Translations under genes and position numbers: made by a program
Notes under the pieces: generated by a model
The model's input: only the letters and a program-made list of their open reading frames with translations
Told to the model about the DNA's origin: nothing
The model's database searches: none
Source: an uncultured archaeon
GTDB taxonomy: Archaea; Asgardarchaeota; Thorarchaeia; Thorarchaeales; Thorarchaeaceae
DNA: 30,724 bases
Direction: 5' to 3'
NCBI GenBank assembly: GCA_964648855.1
Contig: CAZYLT010000024.1
Location: 1-30,724 of the forward strand
Shown: positions 1 through 8,659 of the stretch, piece after piece
How positions within the stretch are numbered: position 1 is the stretch's first letter
Layout of the letters: each line of letters opens with the position of its first letter

Positions 1-2
1 CT

Positions 3-1598
3 GGTCCGCTGACCGGAACCCTAGCCCCCTGTACCGGTCGTCATGTGGTTTGCTCGCGCTCTCCTCTCACAGGACAATGGGGAGAGGCAAATGCCGGTGG
101 TCACTTCGGAGCGAAACTGAAGTCTTCCGGATTTGATGGGGTTTTCATTGTGGGTCGAGCATCTTCTCCAAAGTATCTCCATCTATCCGAGGGTGCCTGT
201 AGCATTGAAGATGCAACTAACCTGTGGGGAAAGACAACTGATGTTGTTCAGGATCAATTACGAGAGTCATTACCAAAGGCAGAGATTGCATCTATAGGCC
301 CTGCTGGAGAAAACCTAGTGCGGTTTGCATCTATTGTAAATGATGGGCGAGTTGCTGCAAGGTGCGGGATGGGGTCCGTTATGGGCTCGAAGAATCTTAA
401 GGCAATAGCTGTAGAGGGAATCCTCCGCCCCTCAATATATGACGCGGACTCTTTCAGGAATCTTGCTGTTTCAACAGCAGAAGAGCTGCGCAAGAATCAG
501 AGAACACTCTCTGAACAAGGGACTGCAATGTACGTCCGAAGAGGGATGATTGCCAATGATATGCCGGTGAAATATTTTCAGGAAACAGAGTTTGCGGTAG
601 ATTCCATCGATGGTGATGCACTACGTTCGCTACTAACGCGTAGATATGCCTGTCACTCTTGCCCAATAGGCTGTGGTCGTGTGGTATCACTGGACGAAGA
701 AGGACTACAGGGGATAGTAGGTCCCGAGTATCAAACGATTGCAGCTTTTGGTAGTAACTTGAAGATATCAGATTTGCAAGAAATCTCGATAATGAACCAC
801 CTATGCAATACTTTGGGTATGGACACAATTAGCTGTGGTAGTGTGATTGCCTTTGCTACTCATCTCTCTGAATTAGGAGAGCTAGATTGGAACCTCAAGT
901 GGAATGACCCAGGGCAAAAGATTTCGTTAATAGAAGATATTGCGTATCGCAGGGGGATGGGAAAGAAGCTGGCTGATGGGTCATTGCGATTGGCATCAAA
1001 GCATGGAGTTGAGAGTCTAGCGCTCCAAGTCAATGGGCTGGAGATACCCAATCATGACCCGCGAGCTTTTGTTGGCTTAGGCCTGGTCTATGCGATATCT
1101 GCGAGAGGGGCAAGTCATACTGAAGCTGATATGCATACTGTTGACGTAGGTGTTGATGTTCCACAATTGGGCATTCATGCATCTGATCGACTTGTTAGTG
1201 CAGGAAAGGGTTTGACGGTAGCTAGATGTCAGGATTTCCGGGCATTTCACGATTCACTGATAATGTGCCATTTTCCTGAGGTTTCACCGGATGTACTCGT
1301 TAGGCTTCTTAATCATTGCACAGGGTTTGCACTACGTCCCCAGGACATACTGGAAGTTGGGTCTAGAATAGTGAATACCAAGCGGCTATTCAATCTCCGG
1401 TGCGGTCTGAGCATAGAAGAAGAGAAACTTCCACCTCCGTTGCTAAGACCCCTGAATGGTAGTATTCCTGGAGGCATCGTGCCAGATATGTCAGTAATGC
1501 TGAAGGAGTACTACCAGTACCGTAGATGGGATTTGAAAACAGGTAAGCCGTCGAAAGAAAAACTGACAGAGCTCGGTCTGAAGATGCGCGATGATTGA
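3..1598 (+). CDS. aor: Aldehyde:ferredoxin oxidoreductase family (W/Mo-pterin, 4Fe-4S), 5'-truncated by the window edge
   Basis: The frame is open from position 3 (GPLTGTLAPCTGRHVV...). Family motifs: SPLTG, GFDG, SIGPAGEN, GMGSVMGSKNLKAI, CxxCPIGC, GPEY, GMDTIS, HDPR, and a C-terminal Cys plus EYY..R.WD..G.P. Confidence 0.95.
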   Translation, partial: GPLTGTLAPCTGRHVVCSRSPLTGQWGEANAGGHFGAKLKSSGFDGVFIVGRASSPKYLHLSEGACSIEDATNLWGKTTDVVQDQLRESLPKAEIASIGPAGENLVRFASIVNDGRVAARCGMGSVMGSKNLKAIAVEGILRPSIYDADSFRNLAVSTAEELRKNQRTLSEQGTAMYVRRGMIANDMPVKYFQETEFAVDSIDGDALRSLLTRRYACHSCPIGCGRVVSLDEEGLQGIVGPEYQTIAAFGSNLKISDLQEISIMNHLCNTLGMDTISCGSVIAFATHLSELGELDWNLKWNDPGQKISLIEDIAYRRGMGKKLADGSLRLASKHGVESLALQVNGLEIPNHDPRAFVGLGLVYAISARGASHTEADMHTVDVGVDVPQLGIHASDRLVSAGKGLTVARCQDFRAFHDSLIMCHFPEVSPDVLVRLLNHCTGFALRPQDILEVGSRIVNTKRLFNLRCGLSIEEEKLPPPLLRPLNGSIPGGIVPDMSVMLKEYYQYRRWDLKTGKPSKEKLTELGLKMRDD

Positions 1599-1663
1599 GT
1601 CTTTGTCCTCATCCGTTAGCTTCATCCATAATAATGTTCGAGCAAAGATTAGAGTGGAAGTCA

Positions 1664-2587
1664 ATGCAACAATATATCGATGTAGCCTGGCGTCTTGGGA
1701 CATTCTATCTCTTTATCGGGCTAGGCGTTCTCATATCGAGAAAGTTGCAGGGAAATGAAAATATTGAGCGATTGGTCACACAACTGCTAATCAATATCAT
1801 GCTTCCAATCCTCATGATTGATACTCTCTTGAACACTGCAGAGCAGTTATTATCTGAGGCTACTCTCATTGTTCCATTAGCTGTGTTCGCTCATGTTTTG
1901 GGTTTCGTGACATTTTATCCTCGTGTAAGAAGCCTTGAGTTAGCTAATACGAAGAAGGGCGCTCTCCTTCTCTGTGTGACATTCAACAACGCAGTATTTC
2001 TTCCCGTTCCCTTAGTATTGATGTTTATGGATAATTCAGGAATACCAGTTATCGCGCTTTACGCAGTTGTGGAGATGATTTTGCTTGCGGTTGTTGGCAC
2101 TGCTTTGGGTTCTGCCTATGACATTGGTGAAGCAAAGCGCCTTGAAATGGCAAGAAAAGCTCTATTGTTTCCTCCGCTATTAGCCGTTCTGATTGGATTA
2201 CTCTTGGCAAGTTTCGGTGTTGAAATGCCAACTGTACTGGATCCAATAACATCTGCAAATGGCACAATCATAACATATCTTGCTTTGCTAGCTGTAGGAC
2301 TAAGCCTAGGAAGAACCATCACATCCTCCGAAATCAGGATTGCACTGGAGGCTATCGGAGTCAGACAGGTTCTTGTACCCATAGCAATGTGGGTCATACT
2401 CACTTTTTCGATGATTTCAGCTACTGCACGTAGTGTCTTGCTCTTGGAAGCAATGATGCCCCCCGCGGTATTTACTGTTGTGTATTCTTCTGCGCTGAAC
2501 CTGGATTCAGAAACTGCAGCAAGTGTGGTGACTATTGGTACTCTGTTTTTGCTTCCACTTGTTCCGTTTCTTGCATTTATCATCTAA
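1664..2587 (+). CDS. AEC (auxin efflux carrier / malate permease) family transporter
   Basis: About 10 hydrophobic segments, with FNNAVFLPVP, FPPLLA, EAMMPPA and a C-terminal A..V.IGTL...P motif. ATG 1664 is preferred over the upstream TTG at 1595. Confidence 0.88.
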   Translation: MQQYIDVAWRLGTFYLFIGLGVLISRKLQGNENIERLVTQLLINIMLPILMIDTLLNTAEQLLSEATLIVPLAVFAHVLGFVTFYPRVRSLELANTKKGALLLCVTFNNAVFLPVPLVLMFMDNSGIPVIALYAVVEMILLAVVGTALGSAYDIGEAKRLEMARKALLFPPLLAVLIGLLLASFGVEMPTVLDPITSANGTIITYLALLAVGLSLGRTITSSEIRIALEAIGVRQVLVPIAMWVILTFSMISATARSVLLLEAMMPPAVFTVVYSSALNLDSETAASVVTIGTLFLLPLVPFLAFII

Positions 2588-2644
2588 GAGGACATCTTTT
2601 TGCTATGTCAAATGATATAACAGATTAAGAAAACATGTAGATTC

Positions 2645-2968
2645 GTGTTCAAGTTGCCAGAGAAGGAAAAGGACCCCGATTCAGTACGAGATTCCCTTGA
2701 TGAGATAGTCAACAAGCTCGACCAAACATCGTCTTCCAGCCACCAATGGGGAAAGACAATGAGCACTAATAGGGAACGGTGGGAGGAACTTAAGTCGCAA
2801 GTTCACAGTAGGCAAAAGCACTTGAAGGAACTGGTTCTTGAAAAGAAAGCTGGAAATATCGGTCAGGAAGAGTTTGATGAGAAATATCAGAAGATACAGA
2901 AGGAGCTAACTGTTCTAGAATTTCAAATATACAATCTTCGCTTAGGCACTGAAGTCGAAGTGGAATAG
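2645..2968 (+). CDS. Hypothetical coiled-coil protein with a SHOCT-like motif
   Basis: Charged helical 107-aa ORF containing KKAGNIGQEEFDEK. A paralogous relic at 3636-3866 conserves the protein sequence, which supports a real gene. Confidence 0.75.
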   Translation: MFKLPEKEKDPDSVRDSLDEIVNKLDQTSSSSHQWGKTMSTNRERWEELKSQVHSRQKHLKELVLEKKAGNIGQEEFDEKYQKIQKELTVLEFQIYNLRLGTEVEVE

Positions 2969-3009
2969 ATATTTTACTATTCAATGCATTATGAAATCTA
3001 TAGTCCGAC

Positions 3010-3452
3010 TCAATCTACACTTGATTTTCGGAGGATAAAGAACGCCTCAGCAATGGAGATTGTTGCCAGAATTAACACAAGCCCGATGAGAGCATATGTT
3101 GCAGCTGGATCTGTGCCCACCTGATACTCACACACCAATGCGGAGGTCAAAGTTCCCAGACTATAGGTTTCAACAGAGAGGTAGTCTGACAGTCCTGAGA
3201 AAAACATAACCCGCCACCAAAGAACCTGTGTAGCGGTATCTTCGCCTAATGGCATTGCGAATTCTCGTCCGCCTGCAATCTTGCTATATCTGACCCAATA
3301 ATCAGGTGGATGATTCCATTTGAGAGGGCAGCCTACACTTGGAGAAGCTCGGAGCCAGAAATATAGACATTCTCGCCTTCCGGCAAAACATTCACAACCT
3401 CAATCCCAAAGGCCTCTGCTGGAAATGCTACTACTGCAGTAAGTTGCGAAAA
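3010..3452 (-). pseudogene. Decayed C-terminal half of a paralog of the metal-binding protein at 3900-4982
   Basis: The minus strand reads FSQLTAVVAFPAEAFGIEVVNVLPEGENVYISGSELLQV*AALSNGIIHLIIGSDIARLQA, then frameshifts at ~3265-3270 to EFAMPLGEDTATQVLWWRVMFFSGLSDYLSV.... This matches FSDMSAVVVFPAEAYVAEAFGIEV...GSDVARLQAAGEFA...FFSGLSDYISV. Premature TAG at 3333-3335. Confidence 0.88.
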
Positions 3453-3599
3453 CTCTATCTCTTCATTTTCTTTGGTTTTTTGACTGCCAATTTCTCTGGC
3501 AGAGGTGAATCTCTCAACAAAAATGCATCAACCCTCTTGATCAACCTACTCTTGCCCCTCCTGATTATCAGTACATTTTTGAACGCGAGCTTAGGCTGA
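3453..3599 (+). pseudogene. Fragment of an AEC transporter N-terminus (paralog of 1664-2587)
   Basis: LYLFIFFGFLTANFSGRGESLNKNASTLLINLLLPLLIISTFLNA aligns with FYLFIGLGVLISRKLQGNENIERLVTQLLINIMLPILMIDTLLNT. It has no start codon of its own and stops after about 48 codons. Confidence 0.75.
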
Positions 3600-3635
3600 A
3601 GGTCCGAGTTCTCGACTTTTTTTGTTCTTACACTG

Positions 3636-3866
3636 ATGATTCATCAGGTGGGCACTGCAATGAGTGCAAACCATGAAGAGTGGGCGCGTTCGAAAAAGGA
3701 GATATCCAAACGGCACAAGGCCCTCAAGGAGATTGTGAGAGAAAAGAAAGCGGGACTTATCGGTCCTGAAGAGTTCGAAGAGAGGTATCGAAACCTACAG
3801 AACGACCCTACAGCCTTGGAGTTTCGTGTGTACAATCTCCGCCTCGGAAAGAAGGTCGAGATGTAG
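3636..3866 (+). pseudogene. N-terminally truncated paralog of the coiled-coil protein at 2645-2968
   Basis: About 40 of 74 residues are identical by manual ungapped alignment (EKKAG.IG.EEF.E.Y, LEF..YNLRLG). It lacks the first ~30 aa but might still be translated. Confidence 0.75.
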
Positions 3867-3899
3867 CACTAGATCATGTCCCGCTTCAAGATGCACATG

Positions 3900-4982
3900 T
3901 TATGAACGTCTCTCTGAACGCACCTGTTTGACTAAGAGCACTGTTTCAAGCACGACAATCACTGCTAGTACGCCAGTCGCCCCCATCCAGACTAGGTCTG
4001 ACCCATAGACTGACAGAACACTACCTGTTTCAAGCCCTGATACTAAGGCACCGATGTTGTAAGTCATGACAGAGATATAGTCTGACAGGCCCGAGAAGAA
4101 CACGGCCCTTAGCCAGATTAATTCCCCTCCATAGTCCTGTTGTAGTTGTTCCGCAAATTCACCTGCAGCTTGTAGTCTGGCTACATCTGAGCCAAGTATG
4201 AGATTAACGCTTCCATTTCTGAGTGCGTTTTGGACTTCTAGGAGTTGGTTACCGGAGATCTGCACAGATCCTTCCTGTAAGTAAGCAATCACTTCAATGC
4301 CAAAGGCTTCTGCAACATAAGCTTCTGCTGGGAATACTACTACTGCTGACATGTCAGAGAAATGGTATGTATCATCTTGAGATGCGACTAGTGCTTTGAG
4401 GGCATCAACGTCTTTGACAAACTCATCAAACGAGTCTGCCCAGAAGTCTGTGAACGTTGAATTCAGGGACGTGAGTGCAGCTCGTGTTGCGTTAGCAATA
4501 GCAATAGCATTCTTTGGAAGTAACCACCATGCATGCGGGTTTCCATCATGGTCATGTTCGTCTTGTGCCGTGTTGTGGTCATGAGAATCCTCACCCGGAA
4601 ATTGGGACAACTCCGCCCCAAAATCATGATAGTTCTCCATGGCGTTCTCATCGTCCAATGTTATGAACGGAACATTGACCTGTGAGGCCAAGTCCTCTTC
4701 CCACGGGAAGTGGCCGGTAAATACTAACAAGTCTGCGTCCTCTGCTTCTATAACAGCTTCAGTGGGTAATTGGGATGCATGAGGCTCAACCCCTTCTGGT
4801 AGGATGATAAATGTTTCAGCATATGGCCCTCCTACAGCTCTTACCATGCCCGCAAGAGGGGCGATTGAAACGCCAATTTTGAGGACCTGGCTATCTTGTG
4901 CAACTGCTTGAGGTACTGTAATGCTCAGGCTCAAACAAATTATCAGAAAGAGGGGGACAACGAATTTCCTGTTCTTTTTCAT
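3900..4982 (-). CDS. Metal ABC transporter substrate-binding protein (ZnuA/TroA cluster A-I)
   Basis: Signal peptide, PEGVEPH motif, His/Asp-rich loop (DSHDHNTAQDEHDHD), NPHAW motif and a C-terminal transmembrane anchor. Confidence 0.9.
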   Translation of the reverse strand: MKKNRKFVVPLFLIICLSLSITVPQAVAQDSQVLKIGVSIAPLAGMVRAVGGPYAETFIILPEGVEPHASQLPTEAVIEAEDADLLVFTGHFPWEEDLASQVNVPFITLDDENAMENYHDFGAELSQFPGEDSHDHNTAQDEHDHDGNPHAWWLLPKNAIAIANATRAALTSLNSTFTDFWADSFDEFVKDVDALKALVASQDDTYHFSDMSAVVVFPAEAYVAEAFGIEVIAYLQEGSVQISGNQLLEVQNALRNGSVNLILGSDVARLQAAGEFAEQLQQDYGGELIWLRAVFFSGLSDYISVMTYNIGALVSGLETGSVLSVYGSDLVWMGATGVLAVIVVLETVLLVKQVRSERRS

Positions 4983-5029
4983 TCTATATTTCCCTCGTTA
5001 ACAATAAGTAAGACCGTATCGACCGAGTA

Positions 5030-5060
5030 ATTAATAAGTTTGTTGGTATTATTAATAATA
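5030..5060. promoter_or_regulatory. AT-rich dyads in the divergent promoter; candidate operator for the NikR-like regulator
   Basis: ATTAATAA-N11-TTATTAAT (5030-5056) and a perfect 14-bp palindrome TATTATTAATAATA (5047-5060) lie between the divergent SBP and nikR genes. Confidence 0.45.
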
Positions 5061-5082
5061 ACATCGATGACTTGGTGATTTT

Positions 5083-5475
5083 ATGCCTATAGTAGCAGTA
5101 TCAATGAGTGACACGGATCTAGTTGATTTGAATAGCCTCCAAGCTAAGGGAGGCTTCTCCAACAGGTCTGAGGTCGTGCGTCATGCAATTCAGTCCTTAT
5201 TGGCTGAGCATAGGACATTGGAGGGATATACTGGAAATGTCACTGTGATTGTGACCGTGGTTTATGCTGAAGATGGGAAAGGAAAAGACTGTCAGAATGT
5301 TCAACACCGACATAGCCAAATGATTACTACGATGGTGCACTCACACACTGGTGATGGCGGTTGTATTGAGGTGTTGATTGTGAACGGTGACGCAAAGGAC
5401 GTGCGTAGATTCATCAAGGCGCTCCGGGCGAACAGGAGTGTTTCAAGGGTAAAAGCTAGTGTGGTAGGGAGTTGA
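5083..5475 (+). CDS. nikR: NikR-family ribbon-helix-helix transcriptional regulator
   Basis: N-terminal RHH (IVAVSM...NRSEVVRHAI) and a C-terminal ACT-like domain with QH...HSH.....CIEV, matching the NikR His/His/His/Cys ligand pattern. Confidence 0.85.
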   Translation: MPIVAVSMSDTDLVDLNSLQAKGGFSNRSEVVRHAIQSLLAEHRTLEGYTGNVTVIVTVVYAEDGKGKDCQNVQHRHSQMITTMVHSHTGDGGCIEVLIVNGDAKDVRRFIKALRANRSVSRVKASVVGS

Positions 5476-5479
5476 TGAC

Positions 5480-6283
5480 ATGGACAGTTCTATTCTCTTA
5501 GAAACAAAAGACCTCGCAGTGAGTTATCCAAATGGAGAGATTGCTCTATATGATGTGAGCTTCAAAATTGAGGCTCCCTCTTTTACAGCAGTCATTGGCC
5601 CAAACGGTTCAGGAAAGAGCACCCTGATTAAGACTGCTCTAGGCCTCCTAGCACCCACACGAGGTTATGTCAAAGTATTTGGTCACGACTCAAGAAATGA
5701 CGCAAGAGCCATCAGGAAACTTGTCCGTTATGTCCCTCAAAGGGATCATATTGAGCTCAATGTCCCCATAAAAGTAGGCGATATTGTCCTTATGAGCAGA
5801 CTCCTCAAAAAGCCAGCTCCGCGTATTGCGTCGAAGAGTGACAAAGACGCAGCTATGTATGCACTTGAACAGGTACAAATGGATGACTTATGGGACCGCC
5901 CATTTCCTGAACTGTCCGGTGGGCAACGTCAAAGAGTGCTTGTGGCTAGAGCACTCGCCGGGGAGGGCAAGATACTAATCCTTGATGAACCACTGGCTGG
6001 GACCGACTCGGAGAGTCAAGACCTCATCGTCAAAGCACTAGGTGACTACCATGAAGAACATGCAGTCAGTGTGATAATGGTCACCCACGACCTTAATCCA
6101 ATCCATCTTGTCATTGACGATGTGATACTGCTCCAGAGAACGCTAGTGGGGATAGGCACGCCATGCGAGATAATGAGTCCTGAAATGCTACGGAAAGTGT
6201 ATGGTCCGAACGCTAGAATTGTGGAATATGCGGGTCATATGTACTGTGTAACTCATGATTCGGGAGTTGACCGCCATGATTGA
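5480..6283 (+). CDS. Metal ABC transporter ATP-binding protein (ZnuC-like)
   Basis: Walker A GPNGSGKS, YVPQ Q-loop, LSGGQ signature, LILDEP Walker B and VTHD H-loop. Confidence 0.93.
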   Translation: MDSSILLETKDLAVSYPNGEIALYDVSFKIEAPSFTAVIGPNGSGKSTLIKTALGLLAPTRGYVKVFGHDSRNDARAIRKLVRYVPQRDHIELNVPIKVGDIVLMSRLLKKPAPRIASKSDKDAAMYALEQVQMDDLWDRPFPELSGGQRQRVLVARALAGEGKILILDEPLAGTDSESQDLIVKALGDYHEEHAVSVIMVTHDLNPIHLVIDDVILLQRTLVGIGTPCEIMSPEMLRKVYGPNARIVEYAGHMYCVTHDSGVDRHD

Positions 6284-7226
6284 AATCTTTCAGATTATTC
6301 TTGAGAGCCCCTTCTTACTCCGTGCAATAATTGGAGCAGTCCTTATTGCACTTGTTGCATCCTCAAGCGGGTCTTTTCTTGTGTTCAGAGGCCTCTCTTT
6401 CATGACTGCTGGGGTTGCACATGCAGCGCTAGGAGGCGCAGCACTAGGACTCTACCTACAGTATTCTGGCATTGTACCATGGTTCGACCCCATCTTGGGC
6501 GCCCTGATATTCAGTGTATTTGTGGCGCTGATCACTGGGTATGCAGGTGAGTCAGGAATTGCACAAAAGATGGAGGTCGCTGTTGGAGTAAGCTTTGCTC
6601 TATCAATGAGCATAGCTGTCTTCCTCATGTATTATATCCCTCCGACACAGGTGCCTCAGATTTGGGGCTACCTGATTGGTGATATACTTCTCTTAGACAA
6701 CTTTGACATTGTCATGCTTGGGTCTACTGCAGTACTCCTTGTAATCATCACACTAATATTCAACAAGGAGTTTGTCTATGTGAGTGTTGACATGGAAGGG
6801 TCTCGTGCCCATGGACTTAATGCCCGTGCATATCATTACTTGATGCTGATAACGTCCGCCCTGGCTATTGCTCTGGCTACAAAGGCTGTTGGTGCAATCC
6901 TTGTCTATGCAATCCTAGTAGCTCCTGCTGCGGCATCCAATGAAGTGATGAAATCAGTGAGGGGAGTGATGGTTTCTGTATTTGTTATAGCATTGGGTGC
7001 TGAGCTATTGGGCCTGGCTTCTTCATTTGCATTTCGTACATCTCCTAGTGCTGTCGCAGGGATTCTTGCTGGTTTTTCATATGTAGTGGCTATTCAAGTG
7101 AAGAGGATGAGAGAACGCGCGGCTATAGGTGAACGGATAAGTGAACTGATGAAGAAGACTGATACCGCCTCTTTCCATAAAAGGGGAATATTCGAATCCG
7201 GTCCACATGACCATTCCCATGGCTAA
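6276..7226 (+). CDS. Metal ABC transporter permease (ZnuB / ABC-3 family)
   Basis: FLVFRGLSF...AHAALGG, YLIGDIL and VGAILV.A.LV.PAA motifs, plus a His-rich C-terminal tail. Confidence 0.93.
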   Translation: MIEIFQIILESPFLLRAIIGAVLIALVASSSGSFLVFRGLSFMTAGVAHAALGGAALGLYLQYSGIVPWFDPILGALIFSVFVALITGYAGESGIAQKMEVAVGVSFALSMSIAVFLMYYIPPTQVPQIWGYLIGDILLLDNFDIVMLGSTAVLLVIITLIFNKEFVYVSVDMEGSRAHGLNARAYHYLMLITSALAIALATKAVGAILVYAILVAPAAASNEVMKSVRGVMVSVFVIALGAELLGLASSFAFRTSPSAVAGILAGFSYVVAIQVKRMRERAAIGERISELMKKTDTASFHKRGIFESGPHDHSHG

Positions 7227-7300
7227 ACAGACAATCACCTGTCGGTATCTTTAAGTGGGGTTGCTGAACTTCGACGAATTCGAGGTCGGTGTGAACGACA

Positions 7301-7693
7301 TTGAGCAATGAGATTCCTGAACGCGATGAGGTACTTCGATCCACAATCATTACCGTTGTGTTGTCAGCCATATTTCTTGCACTAGCTATTACATTCTGGG
7401 CATGGTCTGCTCCGGGTATTACAACACCACTAACCACTCTCAATGATATCAATCCGTTTATCGCCCCCCTGTTGGAAACTCTATTCATGCTTGTCACGTT
7501 CATTTTCCTTACTGTGACCGTCGTGAATCTGAGATTGTATCTTACCAAAGTACGTGCTGGCTGGACTGAAATCATCTTGATGTTGATTTTCATTGGTGTA
7601 GCATCACATGTGATGTTTGAGTATGCAGTTGCCATAGCTACCGTCGTTCTCTGCCTGGGCTTTGTGGCATATCTTTACCTCTTGCAGGAGTAG
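7301..7693 (+). CDS. Hypothetical membrane protein (about 4 TM)
   Basis: 130-aa ORF with four hydrophobic segments and a TTG start preceded by an SD-like GAGGT/GGTGTGA. Confidence 0.7.
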   Translation: MSNEIPERDEVLRSTIITVVLSAIFLALAITFWAWSAPGITTPLTTLNDINPFIAPLLETLFMLVTFIFLTVTVVNLRLYLTKVRAGWTEIILMLIFIGVASHVMFEYAVAIATVVLCLGFVAYLYLLQE

Positions 7694-7903
7694 GATAACT
7701 GCAGGGTTGCATTAGCCATATGAACTGCACCAGAAGCTTTATCAGCTTACTACAGGGTAGTCGATACAAGGCTGAAGGCAATCATGCCCAGGCCTAACTG
7801 ATATCGGTGATTCTCAGCGAACGTCTGGAACTGTCAGTCAAGCCCACAACTTAAGGGTCTGACTTCCCGAAGTCTACTGAGTTTCGCTTGGAGGAAAATT
7901 ACT

Positions 7904-8644
7904 ATGTTTGGCGTTTCAGGCAAGGGGTACGATACTAGTACAAGTATCTTCAGTCCCGAAGGACGCATTTTTGCCGCAGAATATGCAAAGAAAGCTGTGG
8001 AACAGGGTGCGACTACTCTTGGCGTTCAAGTCAAGGAGGGCGTGATACTTCTAGCCGAAAAGAAGCTACAGCCCTTGCAGGAACCGGACAGTATCGAAAA
8101 GATTGCAAAGGTCGATGATCATATTGGAGTATCGACATCAGGCTTCATGGCAGATGCAAGGCAACTCATTCAGGAGGCTCGTGTTAAGGCTCAGTCCTAT
8201 TGGCTGACTTATGACGAGCAAATTCCTGGTGAAGCGCTTGCAGAACATATCTGCAATGTTAAGGTAACTCGACTCTCGCTCGATATGAGGCAGGGTGGAC
8301 GTCCTTACGGTGTTGCCATGATTATCGCGTCTGTTGACCATGATGGAACTCCTCGATTATTTGTGACTGATCCTGTTGCAACTTACCGAGGCTATCTTGC
8401 TGCAGTCATTGGACGTGGCAGCGATATAGCTGGAGAGCATTTGCAGAAGAATTACAAGAGAACGAAGAAGATGGACTCAGCCATACACCTGGCACTTGCA
8501 GCTCTACGAGAGGCGAGTGATAGCGAACTTGACTCAGAAAACGTCGAGATTGCGAAGATTCCTGTGAAAACACACAAATTTGAGAAACTCTCCAATGAGG
8601 AGATAGCAGCGATTCTTTCCGAAGAAACTAGTAAGAATAAGTAG
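7904..8644 (+). CDS. psmA: Proteasome alpha subunit
   Basis: GYD...IFSPEGR...EYA, G.T.LG, KI.KVDDHI, SG..AD and RPYGV motifs. SD GGAGG at 7890-7894. Confidence 0.95.
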   Translation: MFGVSGKGYDTSTSIFSPEGRIFAAEYAKKAVEQGATTLGVQVKEGVILLAEKKLQPLQEPDSIEKIAKVDDHIGVSTSGFMADARQLIQEARVKAQSYWLTYDEQIPGEALAEHICNVKVTRLSLDMRQGGRPYGVAMIIASVDHDGTPRLFVTDPVATYRGYLAAVIGRGSDIAGEHLQKNYKRTKKMDSAIHLALAALREASDSELDSENVEIAKIPVKTHKFEKLSNEEIAAILSEETSKNK

Positions 8645-8659
8645 GAGTTGACAGTAAAC

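Noticed and set aside
3333-3335. TAG in the SBP relic as pyrrolysine or an intron
   Set aside because: It is accompanied by a frameshift, a deletion and 5' truncation, and I saw no BHB. This is ordinary decay.
3339-3599. 86-aa ORF as a real gene
   Set aside because: It is a chimera of the antisense strand of the SBP relic and the AEC fragment.
7123-7635. 170-aa minus-strand ORF and other antisense ORFs (e.g. 2116-2583, 19392-19838, 22783-23220, 29719-30156)
   Set aside because: These are shadows of better-supported genes on the opposite strand and have no motifs.
8255-8305. Possible second intron in psmA (slightly longer helix region)
   Set aside because: Only about 3 extra codons, the frame is open, and no BHB fold was found by eye.
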